The notes below the pieces were generated by a model. It was not told where the DNA came from. It made no database searches and was given only the letters and a program-made list of their open reading frames with translations. Positions 39,060 to 49,000 of a DNA stretch of 64,000 bases are shown here, in pieces. The position numbers were made by a program, and so were the translations under genes. This stretch comes from an uncultured Nitrososphaerota archaeon (GTDB lineage Archaea > Thermoproteota > Nitrososphaeria > Nitrososphaerales > Gagatemarchaeaceae). The DNA lies in NCBI GenBank assembly GCA_963718895.1, contig CAVRAG010000008.1, forward strand, positions 96,001 through 160,000, in the 5' to 3' direction. Numbering within the stretch: position 1 is the first letter of the stretch; each line of letters starts with the position of its first letter.

Positions 39060-40721
39060 TCAGACCGGTACCGGGGCGTTCATCTCGTCGGTCCTCTCCA
39101 TCCCCTTCTTCGGGTGGAAGTCGACCGGCTTCCTCATGACGATGTTGTCGACGCGGAGTATCATCGAGGCCGCCTCGGTCGCCGCGAGGACCACCTGCCT
39201 CTTCACGCTTAGCGGCTCGAGGACCTGCTCCTTCTTCATGTCCTTCACCTTCCCGTCGGAAGATATCCCGTAGTACCTGCCTCCCTCGGCGTGCCTCGCC
39301 CGGAGCTCCGCGGCGGTGTTTATCCTGTCCATCCCCGCGTTCTCTGCCAGGGTCACGGGGATCACCTCGAGCGCCTCGGCGAACTTCTCGGCGGCGAGCT
39401 GGCCCCTGCCTTCGAGGCCCTCCGACCACTTCTGGACCTGATAGGCGGCCTCGGCCTCGGCTGCCCCTCCTCCCGCCACCAGGGCGGGCTCCTGGAGGAC
39501 GTCCTTGGCGACCATGAGCGCGTCGTGGATCGAGCGCTCGCCCTCTTCGATGACGCGCTTCGAGCCTCCCCTGATGAGTATGGTGACCGCCTTGGGGTCC
39601 CGGCAGCCCTCGATGAAGAGCAGCTTGTCGTTGTCGAGGGTCTTCTCCTCGACCACGTCGGCGTAGCCCAGGTCCTCCGGCCTGAGGTCGTCGAAGTTGT
39701 CGACGATCCTCGCGCCGACGGCCTTGGCCGTCCTCGGCATCTCGTACTCGTAGGCCTTCTGGACCGCGTTGATCCCGGCCCTCGACAGGAGGCTCTGGGC
39801 GATCTCGTCGATCTCCTTCTGGCAGATGACCATCGTCGCGCCCGAGGCCTTGACCTTGTTGACCATGTCCCTGAACATCCGCGTCTCCTCGTCGAGGAAC
39901 TTTGTGAGCTTCGAGGCGTCCCGTATCGTGATCATGTTGTTGAAGGTGGTCGACTCGATGGTGAAGGGGACGTTGAGGATCGCTATCTTCGCCTTCTCGA
40001 TCCTCCTCGGCATGTTCGGGTGGACCAGCTTCTGGTCGAGGACGACCCCGCGGATGAACTTCGTGTCAGAGATCGCCCCGCCGGCCTTCTTCTCCACCTT
40101 GATGTTCTTCATGTCGACTAGGTACCTTCCGTCCTTCTCCTGGGCGACGTGGAGGACCGCATCCGCGACGGCCTCGGCGAGGACGCCCGAGTAGCTGGCG
40201 ACGACCTTCGATTGCATGCTGGTCTTGGCGGTCCTGACCAGCGCCTCCCTGTCGTGCGCAGGGACGGCGAACGAGGCCCCCTCGATCACTTCGGTGGCCT
40301 TCTTGGCGGCCTTGGCGAAGCCGCTCACTATCACCACGGGGTGGAGCCCCTTCTTGAGGAGCTCCTCGGCCTTCTCGAGGAGCGCGCCGGCCAGGACGAC
40401 AGCCGAGGTCGTGCCGTCGCCGACGACGGTGTCCGTGGCCTTGGAGAGCTCGATGAGTATCTTCGCCGCGGGGTGCTGGACCTGCATCTCCTTGAGCATC
40501 GTCGCGCCGTCGTTGGTTATCGTTATGACCCCCTCGTATGAGACGAGCATCTTGTCCATGCCGTGCGGGCCCAGGGAGGTCCGGACGACCGCGGCTATCA
40601 TGACCGCCGCGTGGATGTTGTGCGCGCGGGCCTGGTCCCCCTTGGACTGGGTCGCCTCATCGGTGAGTATCTGCACAGGCTGTTCCTTTGAGCTGACCGC
40701 AGGGACGGGTCCGATTGACAC
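39060..40721 (-). CDS. Thermosome (group II chaperonin) subunit
   Basis: LGPHGMDKML, TNDGATML, GDGTTSAV and GGGAAE motifs. Confidence 0.95.
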   Translation of the reverse strand: MSIGPVPAVSSKEQPVQILTDEATQSKGDQARAHNIHAAVMIAAVVRTSLGPHGMDKMLVSYEGVITITNDGATMLKEMQVQHPAAKILIELSKATDTVVGDGTTSAVVLAGALLEKAEELLKKGLHPVVIVSGFAKAAKKATEVIEGASFAVPAHDREALVRTAKTSMQSKVVASYSGVLAEAVADAVLHVAQEKDGRYLVDMKNIKVEKKAGGAISDTKFIRGVVLDQKLVHPNMPRRIEKAKIAILNVPFTIESTTFNNMITIRDASKLTKFLDEETRMFRDMVNKVKASGATMVICQKEIDEIAQSLLSRAGINAVQKAYEYEMPRTAKAVGARIVDNFDDLRPEDLGYADVVEEKTLDNDKLLFIEGCRDPKAVTILIRGGSKRVIEEGERSIHDALMVAKDVLQEPALVAGGGAAEAEAAYQVQKWSEGLEGRGQLAAEKFAEALEVIPVTLAENAGMDRINTAAELRARHAEGGRYYGISSDGKVKDMKKEQVLEPLSVKRQVVLAATEAASMILRVDNIVMRKPVDFHPKKGMERTDEMNAPVPV

Positions 40722-40853
40722 CTACCAGTTCCCCTTTGGGAGCGGCCTGATTCGTCGATATTTAGAACTTTCCGCACGAGAGGGCCTCCCGCGGGGCCTC
40801 GGGCGGGCCGCGCGCACTCAACCTTTTAAGCCACCCATGGGGGCGGTCAAGTT

Positions 40854-41129
40854 ATGACCAAGAAGAGGAGGAGTCGAGGACGCGCCAAGGGCGGAAAGGG
40901 GAGCTCGTCCGTCGTCTCGTGCAGTAACTGCGGATCGCACGTACCGAGGGACAAGGCAAAGAAGGTGACGACTAGACTGAGCTTGGTCGAACCACAGCTC
41001 GCAAGGGAGCTGAGGGCGGCGGGCGCGTACATTGCAGCTCCGACCACGGTTAAGTACTACTGCGTATCTTGTGCTGTGCACTACGGCATCGTCAACGTGA
41101 GAGCAAAGGCAGAACGCAGGTTCAGCTAG
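40854..41129 (+). CDS. rps26e: 30S ribosomal protein S26e
   Basis: MTKKRRSRGR..., CSNCG..VPRDKA, YCVSCAVH. Confidence 0.95.
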   Translation: MTKKRRSRGRAKGGKGSSSVVSCSNCGSHVPRDKAKKVTTRLSLVEPQLARELRAAGAYIAAPTTVKYYCVSCAVHYGIVNVRAKAERRFS

Positions 41130-41449
41130 ACACAATCGGACAAGAATTGCAGGAGAGACCGTTCTCTCCTCAGCCTCCCATCCTCTAACATTGGTGCTTA
41201 AACACGGCGTCGAGGTGATTCTCCAGATAGGGATGGAAGGAACTGAGAACCCATGCCGCACTGCCCGACAGCCGAAAGCCGAGCAAGCGAGAAAAGTGGT
41301 CACTCCCGCCGACAAAGAAATCCTCAGACGCATTTCAAGAATTAGGGACGCAGACTTCAGTTGCTAGGTTCTTCAGAGTTTCCAGACGGACTCTCACGCG
41401 ATGGACCGAGGAGCTTGGGCTGCATCCCGAACTTAGACCGGAAATCCCG

Positions 41450-42048
41450 ATAGGCCAGACTTCTCTCTGGTTTGCTCACGGATCCCTCAATCAGAGTTAG
41501 GACAGAATTGCCCAGTGGATAGTCGATGAGGCGTCGATAACTGTGGCCTACAAGCCTGCGATATGATACCACCTCTCTCTTGGTGGTAGGTGCAATGAAC
41601 GATTACGGCGCGATGGAGGCAATAGCGCAAATCGAGTCTAGGGGCCACCATGTATGTCTGGACCGAGTCTCGAAGAAGGCAAGGCTTCCGACGCATGTCA
41701 TCAGAGTTCAAGGAGTGAGAGCGTACAGTCTTCTTGGCTTGATTATCGAGGAACTCACCGGCTTGAAGGCCTTGAAGCAAAAGCGGCTCTTTCCTTCTTT
41801 CCGCCTCAGGGATTCAGTCAAAGGGAAACTTGACCACTGACGTTTACATGACGGACGTGTGGAGACAATTTGCGAGACAGTCTACGGAGGCTTGGAACAA
41901 GAAAAGAAGAGTCAAACTAACTTCTCAGCAAATCGAAGACTTGGTTGAAGCATGGATCCAGAACAGAACCACCCGAGCTCGGCGGGGCCTGTACCAGGCA
42001 ACCGCACCGCTGAATGTGCAGGACATCCCTACTTCAGCGACGCCGTGA
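41450..42048 (+). pseudogene. Degenerate LAGLIDADG-like endonuclease remnant (boundaries approximate)
   Basis: Lower-GC island; fragmentary frames IAQWIVDEASITVAY, VVGAMND, IRVQG.RAY.LL..I...L.GLK. Confidence 0.4.
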
Positions 42049-42604
42049 CCCTCGCGACCCGCTCGGCGAACGTGATCAACGCCAGCGCCGCGACCACGAT
42101 AACGCCCCACGGCAGCAGGTCGAGCAGCCCGGCGACTGCGATGACTATCAAACGCTCGGACCTCTCCCCTATGCCCACGCCCGCGAGGTTCACCGAGAGC
42201 GCGTCCGCCTTTGCCCGGGTGTAGCTCACGAGCAGGCTCGCCGCGAGCGCCAGGAAGACGAGGAAGGGCGCCGTCGAGTTCCCGAGGAGTATCCCGAGGT
42301 AGATCGATGTCTCGCCCACCCGGTCCATGGTCGAGTCGAGGAAGGCGCCCCGCCTGCTGACCCTGCCGGTCGCCCTGGCGACCGCCCCGTCGACGATGTC
42401 GAGGAGCCCGGAGACGAGGACCATCAGCCCGCCCAGGACGTCGTAGATGGGGTGCCCGGTCGAGAAGAGCACCGCGGCGAGGAGCGAGAAGAACAGGCCG
42501 GTCGCGGTCCATGCGGTCGGGGAAGGCATCACCCTCGCCGCGCCGCGCCCCACCCGGAGGGAGCCGCTGCTGAGCCTTCCCCTCAGCTTGTCGAGCACGC
42601 GCAT
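42029..42604 (-). CDS. CDP-alcohol phosphatidyltransferase (archaetidylinositol-phosphate synthase-like)
   Basis: DIVDGAVAR...S.RGAFLDSTMDR signature; SYTRAKA. Confidence 0.92.
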   Translation of the reverse strand: MRVLDKLRGRLSSGSLRVGRGAARVMPSPTAWTATGLFFSLLAAVLFSTGHPIYDVLGGLMVLVSGLLDIVDGAVARATGRVSRRGAFLDSTMDRVGETSIYLGILLGNSTAPFLVFLALAASLLVSYTRAKADALSVNLAGVGIGERSERLIVIAVAGLLDLLPWGVIVVAALALITFAERVARVTASLK

Positions 42605-42705
42605 CCTCCGCCCTGTGTTCGTATTAGAGCTCTTCCCGGGGTGCCCCGTGGCCGTCGAGACCGCAAGATTCTAAACATGGTCCCGGTGAGAGAGGCCGGT
42701 TCCAG

Positions 42706-42912
42706 ATGGGCAAGATTGACAAGGGGATCTCGTGCTCGGTCACCGGCTGCACCAACCCGGGGCAGAGGTCGATAAGCAGAAGCCAGATCGCGGGGTCGGG
42801 CCTCACCGCCGGCGGCGAGGGGAGGAGGGTCTACCTCTGCCACGAGCACTACAAGGCCTGGAAGAAGTCCACAAAGAAGGACAGGGACCTAGAGAGAGCC
42901 CGGTGGGGCTAG
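42706..42912 (+). CDS. Small Cys/His Zn-binding protein
   Basis: CSVTGC...LCHEHYK; directly upstream of thrS. Confidence 0.7.
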   Translation: MGKIDKGISCSVTGCTNPGQRSISRSQIAGSGLTAGGEGRRVYLCHEHYKAWKKSTKKDRDLERARWG

Positions 42913-42928
42913 GGCCGGCGGCGATTCC

Positions 42929-44641
42929 ATGCGCATACTCCAGCAGCACCTAGACTTCATCGAGTACGAGCCCAGGGAGAAGGAGATCTCCTCGGCCGAG
43001 GAGGCGGAGAAGAAGAGGTACCGCTACGACGAGATCGTCGTGCTCTTCACCTCGGTCGAGCAGGGGGACGACGACGGGGTGGCCAAGAAGGCCATCGAGG
43101 GGACCAAGGACTTCCTGGGGAAGCTCAAGGTCAACAGGATAATCATCTACCCCTACGCCCACCTCAGCCAGAACCTGGCGCGGCCCAAGGACGCGCTCGA
43201 GGTCCTGAAGGCGATGGAGAGGTACGCCAACGGGATGGGGATGGAGACGTACAGGGCGCCCTTCGGGTGGAACAAGGCCTTCCAGATCAAGGTAAAGGGC
43301 CACCCCCTGGCCGAGCAGTCGAGGGTCTACTCGGCAGAAGCGGCGGCTGAGGTCGTCCAGCAACCGGTCAAGGTCTCGACCGAGCGGAAGCCCGAGCTGA
43401 CCGAGGAGCAGATGCTCGCCCGCGTGAAGAAGTCAGACTTCGCCACCCTTCCGGAGACCGACCACAGGGTCATCGGGGAGAGGCTCGACCTCTTCAGCTT
43501 CCAGGAGATGTCGCCGGGGATGGTCTACTGGCACGACAAGGGCGTGACGCTGAGGAACCTGCTCATCGAGTTCATCAGGGGAGAGCTCAAGAAGAACAAC
43601 TACCTCGAGATAAGCACCCCCGCGCTCGCCAACACCATCCTCTGGAGGGTGAGCGGCCACTGGGACCACTACAAGGACAACATGTTCCTCACGTACCTGG
43701 GCGACGACGAGTTCGGGCTCAAGCCGATGAACTGTCCTTCGACCTTCCTCTTCTACAAGACCCGGAGGTGGTCCTTCAGGGACCTGCCGCTCAGGGTCGC
43801 CGACTTCGACCAGCTCTACCGGAACGAGCTCAGCGGGGTGGCCAGCGGGCTGTTCAGGGTGAAGGTCCTGACCCAGGACGACGCCCACATCTTCGTGATG
43901 GAGGACCAGGTGGAGAGCGAGATCAAGGGCCTCGTGGACCTGATGGCGAAGATGTACGGCGTGTTCAAGCTCGAGTTCAAGCTTCGGATCTCGACGATGC
44001 CCGACGACCACATCGGGACCAAGGAGCAGTGGGACGGAGCGACGGACATCCTCAAGCGGGTCGTGCTCGCCAAGGGGCTGGCCTACGAGGTCAAGGAGAA
44101 GGAGGGCGCATTCTACGGCCCGAAGATCGACGTCGACATCAAGGACTCGCTCGGGAGGGAGTGGCAGTGCTGCACAATCCAGCTGGACTTCCAGATGCCG
44201 AAGCGGTTCAGGCTCACCTACGTGGGCTCCGACGGCAAGGACCACATCCCGATCGTAATCCACAGGACGATATACGGGACGCTCGAGAGGTTCATCGGCA
44301 TCATCACCGAGCACTACCAGGGGAAGTTCCCCGTCTGGGTATCGCCGGTCCAGGTGAGGGTCCTCCCGGTCTCGGACGACAACAAGGGATACGCTGGGGA
44401 GGTGGCGGCCGTCCTGAGGGAGGCTGGGATCAGGGTCGAGACCGACTTCGACAGTGGGACCGTGGGCGGGAAGATAAGGAACGCCCAGCTGCAGAAGATC
44501 CCCTACATGCTGATCATCGGCGGCAAGGAGCAGGAGGCCCGGACCATATCCGTCAGGGCGAGGGACGGCGAGGTGAGGTACGGGGTGAAGGCGGACGAAT
44601 TCATCGCAGAACTAAGGCAGAAGATAGCTTCCTTCGCCTAG
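42929..44641 (+). CDS. thrS: Threonine--tRNA ligase
   Basis: Archaeal editing domain (YPYAHLS, APFGW, KGHPL); KPMNCP; YRNELSG; AFYGPKID. Confidence 0.97.
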   Translation: MRILQQHLDFIEYEPREKEISSAEEAEKKRYRYDEIVVLFTSVEQGDDDGVAKKAIEGTKDFLGKLKVNRIIIYPYAHLSQNLARPKDALEVLKAMERYANGMGMETYRAPFGWNKAFQIKVKGHPLAEQSRVYSAEAAAEVVQQPVKVSTERKPELTEEQMLARVKKSDFATLPETDHRVIGERLDLFSFQEMSPGMVYWHDKGVTLRNLLIEFIRGELKKNNYLEISTPALANTILWRVSGHWDHYKDNMFLTYLGDDEFGLKPMNCPSTFLFYKTRRWSFRDLPLRVADFDQLYRNELSGVASGLFRVKVLTQDDAHIFVMEDQVESEIKGLVDLMAKMYGVFKLEFKLRISTMPDDHIGTKEQWDGATDILKRVVLAKGLAYEVKEKEGAFYGPKIDVDIKDSLGREWQCCTIQLDFQMPKRFRLTYVGSDGKDHIPIVIHRTIYGTLERFIGIITEHYQGKFPVWVSPVQVRVLPVSDDNKGYAGEVAAVLREAGIRVETDFDSGTVGGKIRNAQLQKIPYMLIIGGKEQEARTISVRARDGEVRYGVKADEFIAELRQKIASFA

Positions 44642-45069
44642 GCAGGGGCCTTCTTCCCCGGCTTCCTCTGTTCGGCGAAGTACTCCTTGAGCGGCTCCCA
44701 GTAGGACTCCGGCCAGCCCGAGGTGTACTCGGAGACCTGTTCAGCGGGGACCTGCGAGTGCACCATCCTGAGCTCTGTCCCTCCCTTCTTGGGCGTCAGC
44801 GTCAGCTCGAGCCGCGAGCGGGGATAGCCCTCGGGCCACTCGGTCGTCTCCCACTCCTGGACGATCTTCTTCCCATTGACCAGCTCGACGTTCTTGCCCG
44901 AGATGTACCTGTCCCAGGCCTTGAACTCTGCGCCAACCCTCCCGTTGGTCGTGGCGGGGGACCCCGTGAACGCGCTGTGCTTCTTGGCGTCGAGGAGCGC
45001 GTCGTAGACGTCCTCGGGGCTGGCCTCGATGAAGACCGTCTGCTCTATCTTGCCGAACTTGAGCTTCAA
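44638..45069 (-). CDS. SRPBCC/AHSA1-like domain protein
   Basis: ASPEDVYDAL, KIVQEW...WP, GW...YWEPLK. Confidence 0.85.
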   Translation of the reverse strand: MKLKFGKIEQTVFIEASPEDVYDALLDAKKHSAFTGSPATTNGRVGAEFKAWDRYISGKNVELVNGKKIVQEWETTEWPEGYPRSRLELTLTPKKGGTELRMVHSQVPAEQVSEYTSGWPESYWEPLKEYFAEQRKPGKKAPA

Positions 45070-45117
45070 ATCGACGACGGAGCCGCGTCGTGGCTAAAGT
45101 GCTTTTCGGGGGCTCGG

Positions 45118-46015
45118 TCACACCAGGAGCGGCTCGACCTGGTCGATCCAGTGCCGCGCCATCTCCTCCCTCGTCGCGATCCAGACGTCGTCGAACCCCC
45201 TGACGTACTCGAGGAACCTCCTCAGGGCCACGATGCGGCCGGCCCGCCCCGTGACGCGGGCGTGCAGCCCCACCGACATCATCTTGGGCTTTGACTTGGA
45301 CTCCTCGCGGAGCACGTCGAAGGAGTCCTTCAGGTAGACGAAGAAGTCGGAGGAGTTGCTGAAGCGGTGCATCGGGGATTGAAAGTGGAAGTCGTTAACG
45401 TCGGGGGTGTAGGGGAGGATCGAGCATGCCGCCGGGCGCGCTCCTGTACGGGAGGTCGTCGTTGTAGGCGTCAGAGTCGTAGATGAAGTTCCCCATCTCC
45501 TTGACTATCCTGAGGGTGTTCTCGCTGGGCTCCCTCGCGTAGAAGCCCACGGGCTTCTTCCCCGTGAGCTCCTCGATGATCGCGACGGACCGTGCGATCG
45601 CGTCCTTCTCCTGCTCGTAGGTGTAGCGGTAGTGCTCGGTCCACGCCAGGCCGTGGTCGGCGATCTCGTGGCCCGCCTTGGAGATCGCGTCGGTCGCCGG
45701 CCTGTTCGCCCTGAGGGCGAGTGCGGTCGCGAAGAAGGTCGCCTTGGCGTCGTACTTCTTGAGCGTCTCGAGAATCCTCCAGACCCCGACCCGCGAGCCG
45801 TACTCGTAGGCCGACTCGTTCCCGACGTCGCGAAGCTTCATGTCGACCGGGAGGAACTCCCCGATTCCCTCGACCATCCCGTCCGTGGGCACCGAGTGCT
45901 CGGCCCCCTCCTCGAAGTTCACCACTATCGAGAGGGCGAGGCGCCTTCCGCCCGGCCACGAGAAGTGGAACTTCTTGTTCCCGTAGCCGACGAGGTCCCG
46001 GGCTGGCTCGGACAT
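45118..46015 (-). CDS. Polysaccharide deacetylase family, PuuE allantoinase-like; frameshift near 45420
   Basis: WPGG.RLA....NFEEGAE, YEYGSRVG.WR, YDSDAYNDDLPY and MMSVGLHAR..GR.GR motifs. Confidence 0.85.
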
Positions 46016-46054
46016 GGACGCGGCGGACGGGGAGAGCGTGATAAAGGTTCGCTA

Positions 46055-49000
46055 TCAGGACCAGAAGGCGTCGAGCGTGGTCGACCCGAGGATCTCGTCG
46101 AAGCTGAATCCCAGCGAGTCGAGCATCTGGTCGAACATCGAGCTGGCGTACTCGAGGTACTTGTCTACGTCGACCTCGTCGACCCTCGCCAGGGAGACCG
46201 GCTTCACGTTGGGAGGGGTCTTGGTCTTCACGAAGGAGATGATGTCGCCCGCCTTGATCTCCCTTCCCCTGTCGTGGAGAAGTTGCGCCGCTCGCACGTG
46301 CTGCGGGGTCGTCCCGGAGTAGCCCGAGATAGCCTTCCCTATCATGACGTTGAACGAGAGCTCGTCGAGGGAGATCTCCTTGTTCCTCAGGCTCGAGACC
46401 ATCTTCGTCAGCAGGGCCTTGGTCTCCCTCCTGGCCCGCTCGAAGTCCTCGGGCGCGTAGACGGTGCCCAGTATCGCGAGGCACTCGTAGAAGGCCTTCT
46501 TGAGGAACTCGGGGGTCTGGCTGTTGTGCAGCAAGGAGGGAAGGTTTCCGGCGACGAACCTCTCGGATCCAGGGACGGAAAAGTCGTACATCATGCAGGA
46601 GCCGGGGACACGTTCCACTGACGTGACCTCATCGTAGGACGCGTCTTGGTTGTTTATCATGTCTCGAATGCTCGAGAGCAACGCCGACTCGGTTGGATCG
46701 GCGTAGCGACCGAGGGCCGCGATGGTCTGGTTGTACTCTTTCAAGAGGCTCAGGTTGAAGCTCCGCGTGTCGTGCATCTTGATGTGCCGGAATCTGCTCA
46801 TCCCGAGTCTCCTTAGGATGCTCATCTTGACCTCAATCAGCCCTCCGGTCGACACGGGAATCAACTCCTTATTTCGAGGACCGTTCGCGGGTACCTTCTG
46901 GAATCTAGGCTGGAGAAATCCGACAGACTCTTGGAATCTTCGTCGGCTGGATGTGCCGATGATGCTCAGCTGGTAGTAGTAGATCTTGAAGTGAGAGTTG
47001 TAACAGGTTCTGAACCGACAATCGATATCAAAGTAGGTCAGAAGATAAGCTGTCTGCTCCATGAGAAGACGGCTCTCCGACGCTATGCTGATCTTCTTCC
47101 CCTCGCCGCTGAATCCGTCGCCAGAGAAAAGCCCTCGAAGGTAGGATCTGACAACGTTCAGGGGGGCGGAGAAGATGAAATCTGGAACGCGTTTGCTCGG
47201 GCTCTTCCCTCCGCACTCCGATCTGAACAACTCCGCATAGAGAATCGGCAGGTAGAATGAGCGGTCGCGAGCATCTCTCAGGGGGTTGATGCTCCACCCA
47301 AAGGTTCTCGCCCACGCGGACGTCAAGGCCTCGCAAACCTCTGGGTTCACCGCTTCACTCTGCGATATGGTGTTAGAGCGAGACCCCGAGCGCGACGCCG
47401 TCGAGCCCTCGGCGGTGAATAGTCCAAACAAGAGTCCCACGTCTTCCGTGACCGGAATGAACCTCTTGATTGGAGTCCCGGTCGTGGCGTGTGGTTTCGC
47501 TGAGTAGAGGAGCCCGTCCCGTTCTTTGGTGCAGTCTATCATCTGGCTCACGTCGAGGGTCAAGGGCCTTCCTGAGTCAGGGATGAACCTGGCTCCGACG
47601 AGTATGTCCCCTTCCCGGACTTCCCTCGTCGCCTTGCAGAAAAGTCTACCAAACTTGTCAGTGAAGAAGATGCTGTGGTCGCCAGAAAGTCTCAGGAACC
47701 TGCCCTTGCTAGTTCGCAGTGCGTAGACCTCTTGGACATTGTGAGCCACGGCATCATCTATGACGGTCCAACTCGAAACCAGTTTGTCACTTATGGTAGG
47801 TAATTCGACTCGACTGCCCCTCCCAAACGCACGATAGACCTCCTCCACATTCGTGAAGGTAGCTATTCCATCGACTCGAGCGAGAATGGGCGTATCTCCG
47901 CTTACGGACTTCTTGCCCGTCAAACCTTTGATATCGGCCGTTCCGTCCTGGAGGACCCCAAAGTAGTTCTTCTTCCTCTCGCTGAAAGCGACGTAGCGGT
48001 AGCTCTTGTCGACATCGAGCTCGACGCCGAGCTCGTGCTCTGCCCACCTAGTCAGCTCTTCAATCTTTGTCTTGTCGGGATTTTCGACAAAAAGACTGTC
48101 CGTGTCAGAATAAATCACGGAGATCCCGTCCTGCCTGCACTTCTCTATGGTCTTGGTTATCGCATACCTCCCGTAGGCCGCGGTCGCCTCGGCGACGGGG
48201 AGGCAGTAAAGGGCGAACGTCTCAAATCCCATCACGCCGTAGGACTGACCGACGGGGACGAACCTGCCATTCCTGCCCGCCAAGACCGTGTGGTTGCGCT
48301 CTGTCGTGACACAATAGACGGTCCCCTCGTAGGGGACCCTCTTCACGTACTTGTGCCTAGAGTCCCCTGCATAGGTTAGTTTCGAGCTCACGTTCTTGAA
48401 GACGACCCTGTAGATTCTCTCCTTCTGGTCGTATACGAGCTTCGTCTTGGCCCCAAGGAGGCTCTGCAGGACAACCATCTCCTTCGCCAGCTCTAGGCTC
48501 TTCGTAGAGTACTTCTTGTCCCTCGAGGAACCATCTCCCTTGTAGCAAGACGCGAAGAAGGACTCCATGAGTCTCCTGGAGCCGAAGACGAACTTGGGGA
48601 TGCGCTTGGAATCGGAATGGTGCTCTTGAGCGTCGCTCGAGTAACAGTTCTTGAGCATCCACCTGTGCAGTATGTTGTTTGACACTCTGTAGTACTTCTC
48701 ATCGCTGGAATCAGAACGGGGTCTCAGCCCAAGCTGGGTGATGACTCGCTTTATCTCGGCTCTGTAGGGACCCCCCATCGAGTTGCCTTTGCCGAAGCTC
48801 TGGGTGATCACGATGCCAGAACTCTTCCCCCGGTGTCCGCCTCCCGAGTAGTATCTTGGCTCGGTCGTGATCAGGCTCCCTTCCGAGACGAACCAGCCAC
48901 AGAGCGAGGCGAAGGCCTCTGCGTCGTAACGCGCCGGGACCTTCGAGTATCTCGGCGTTCCCAACGATATGAATCCTCTCGACTGCTCGATCGAGTCCAT

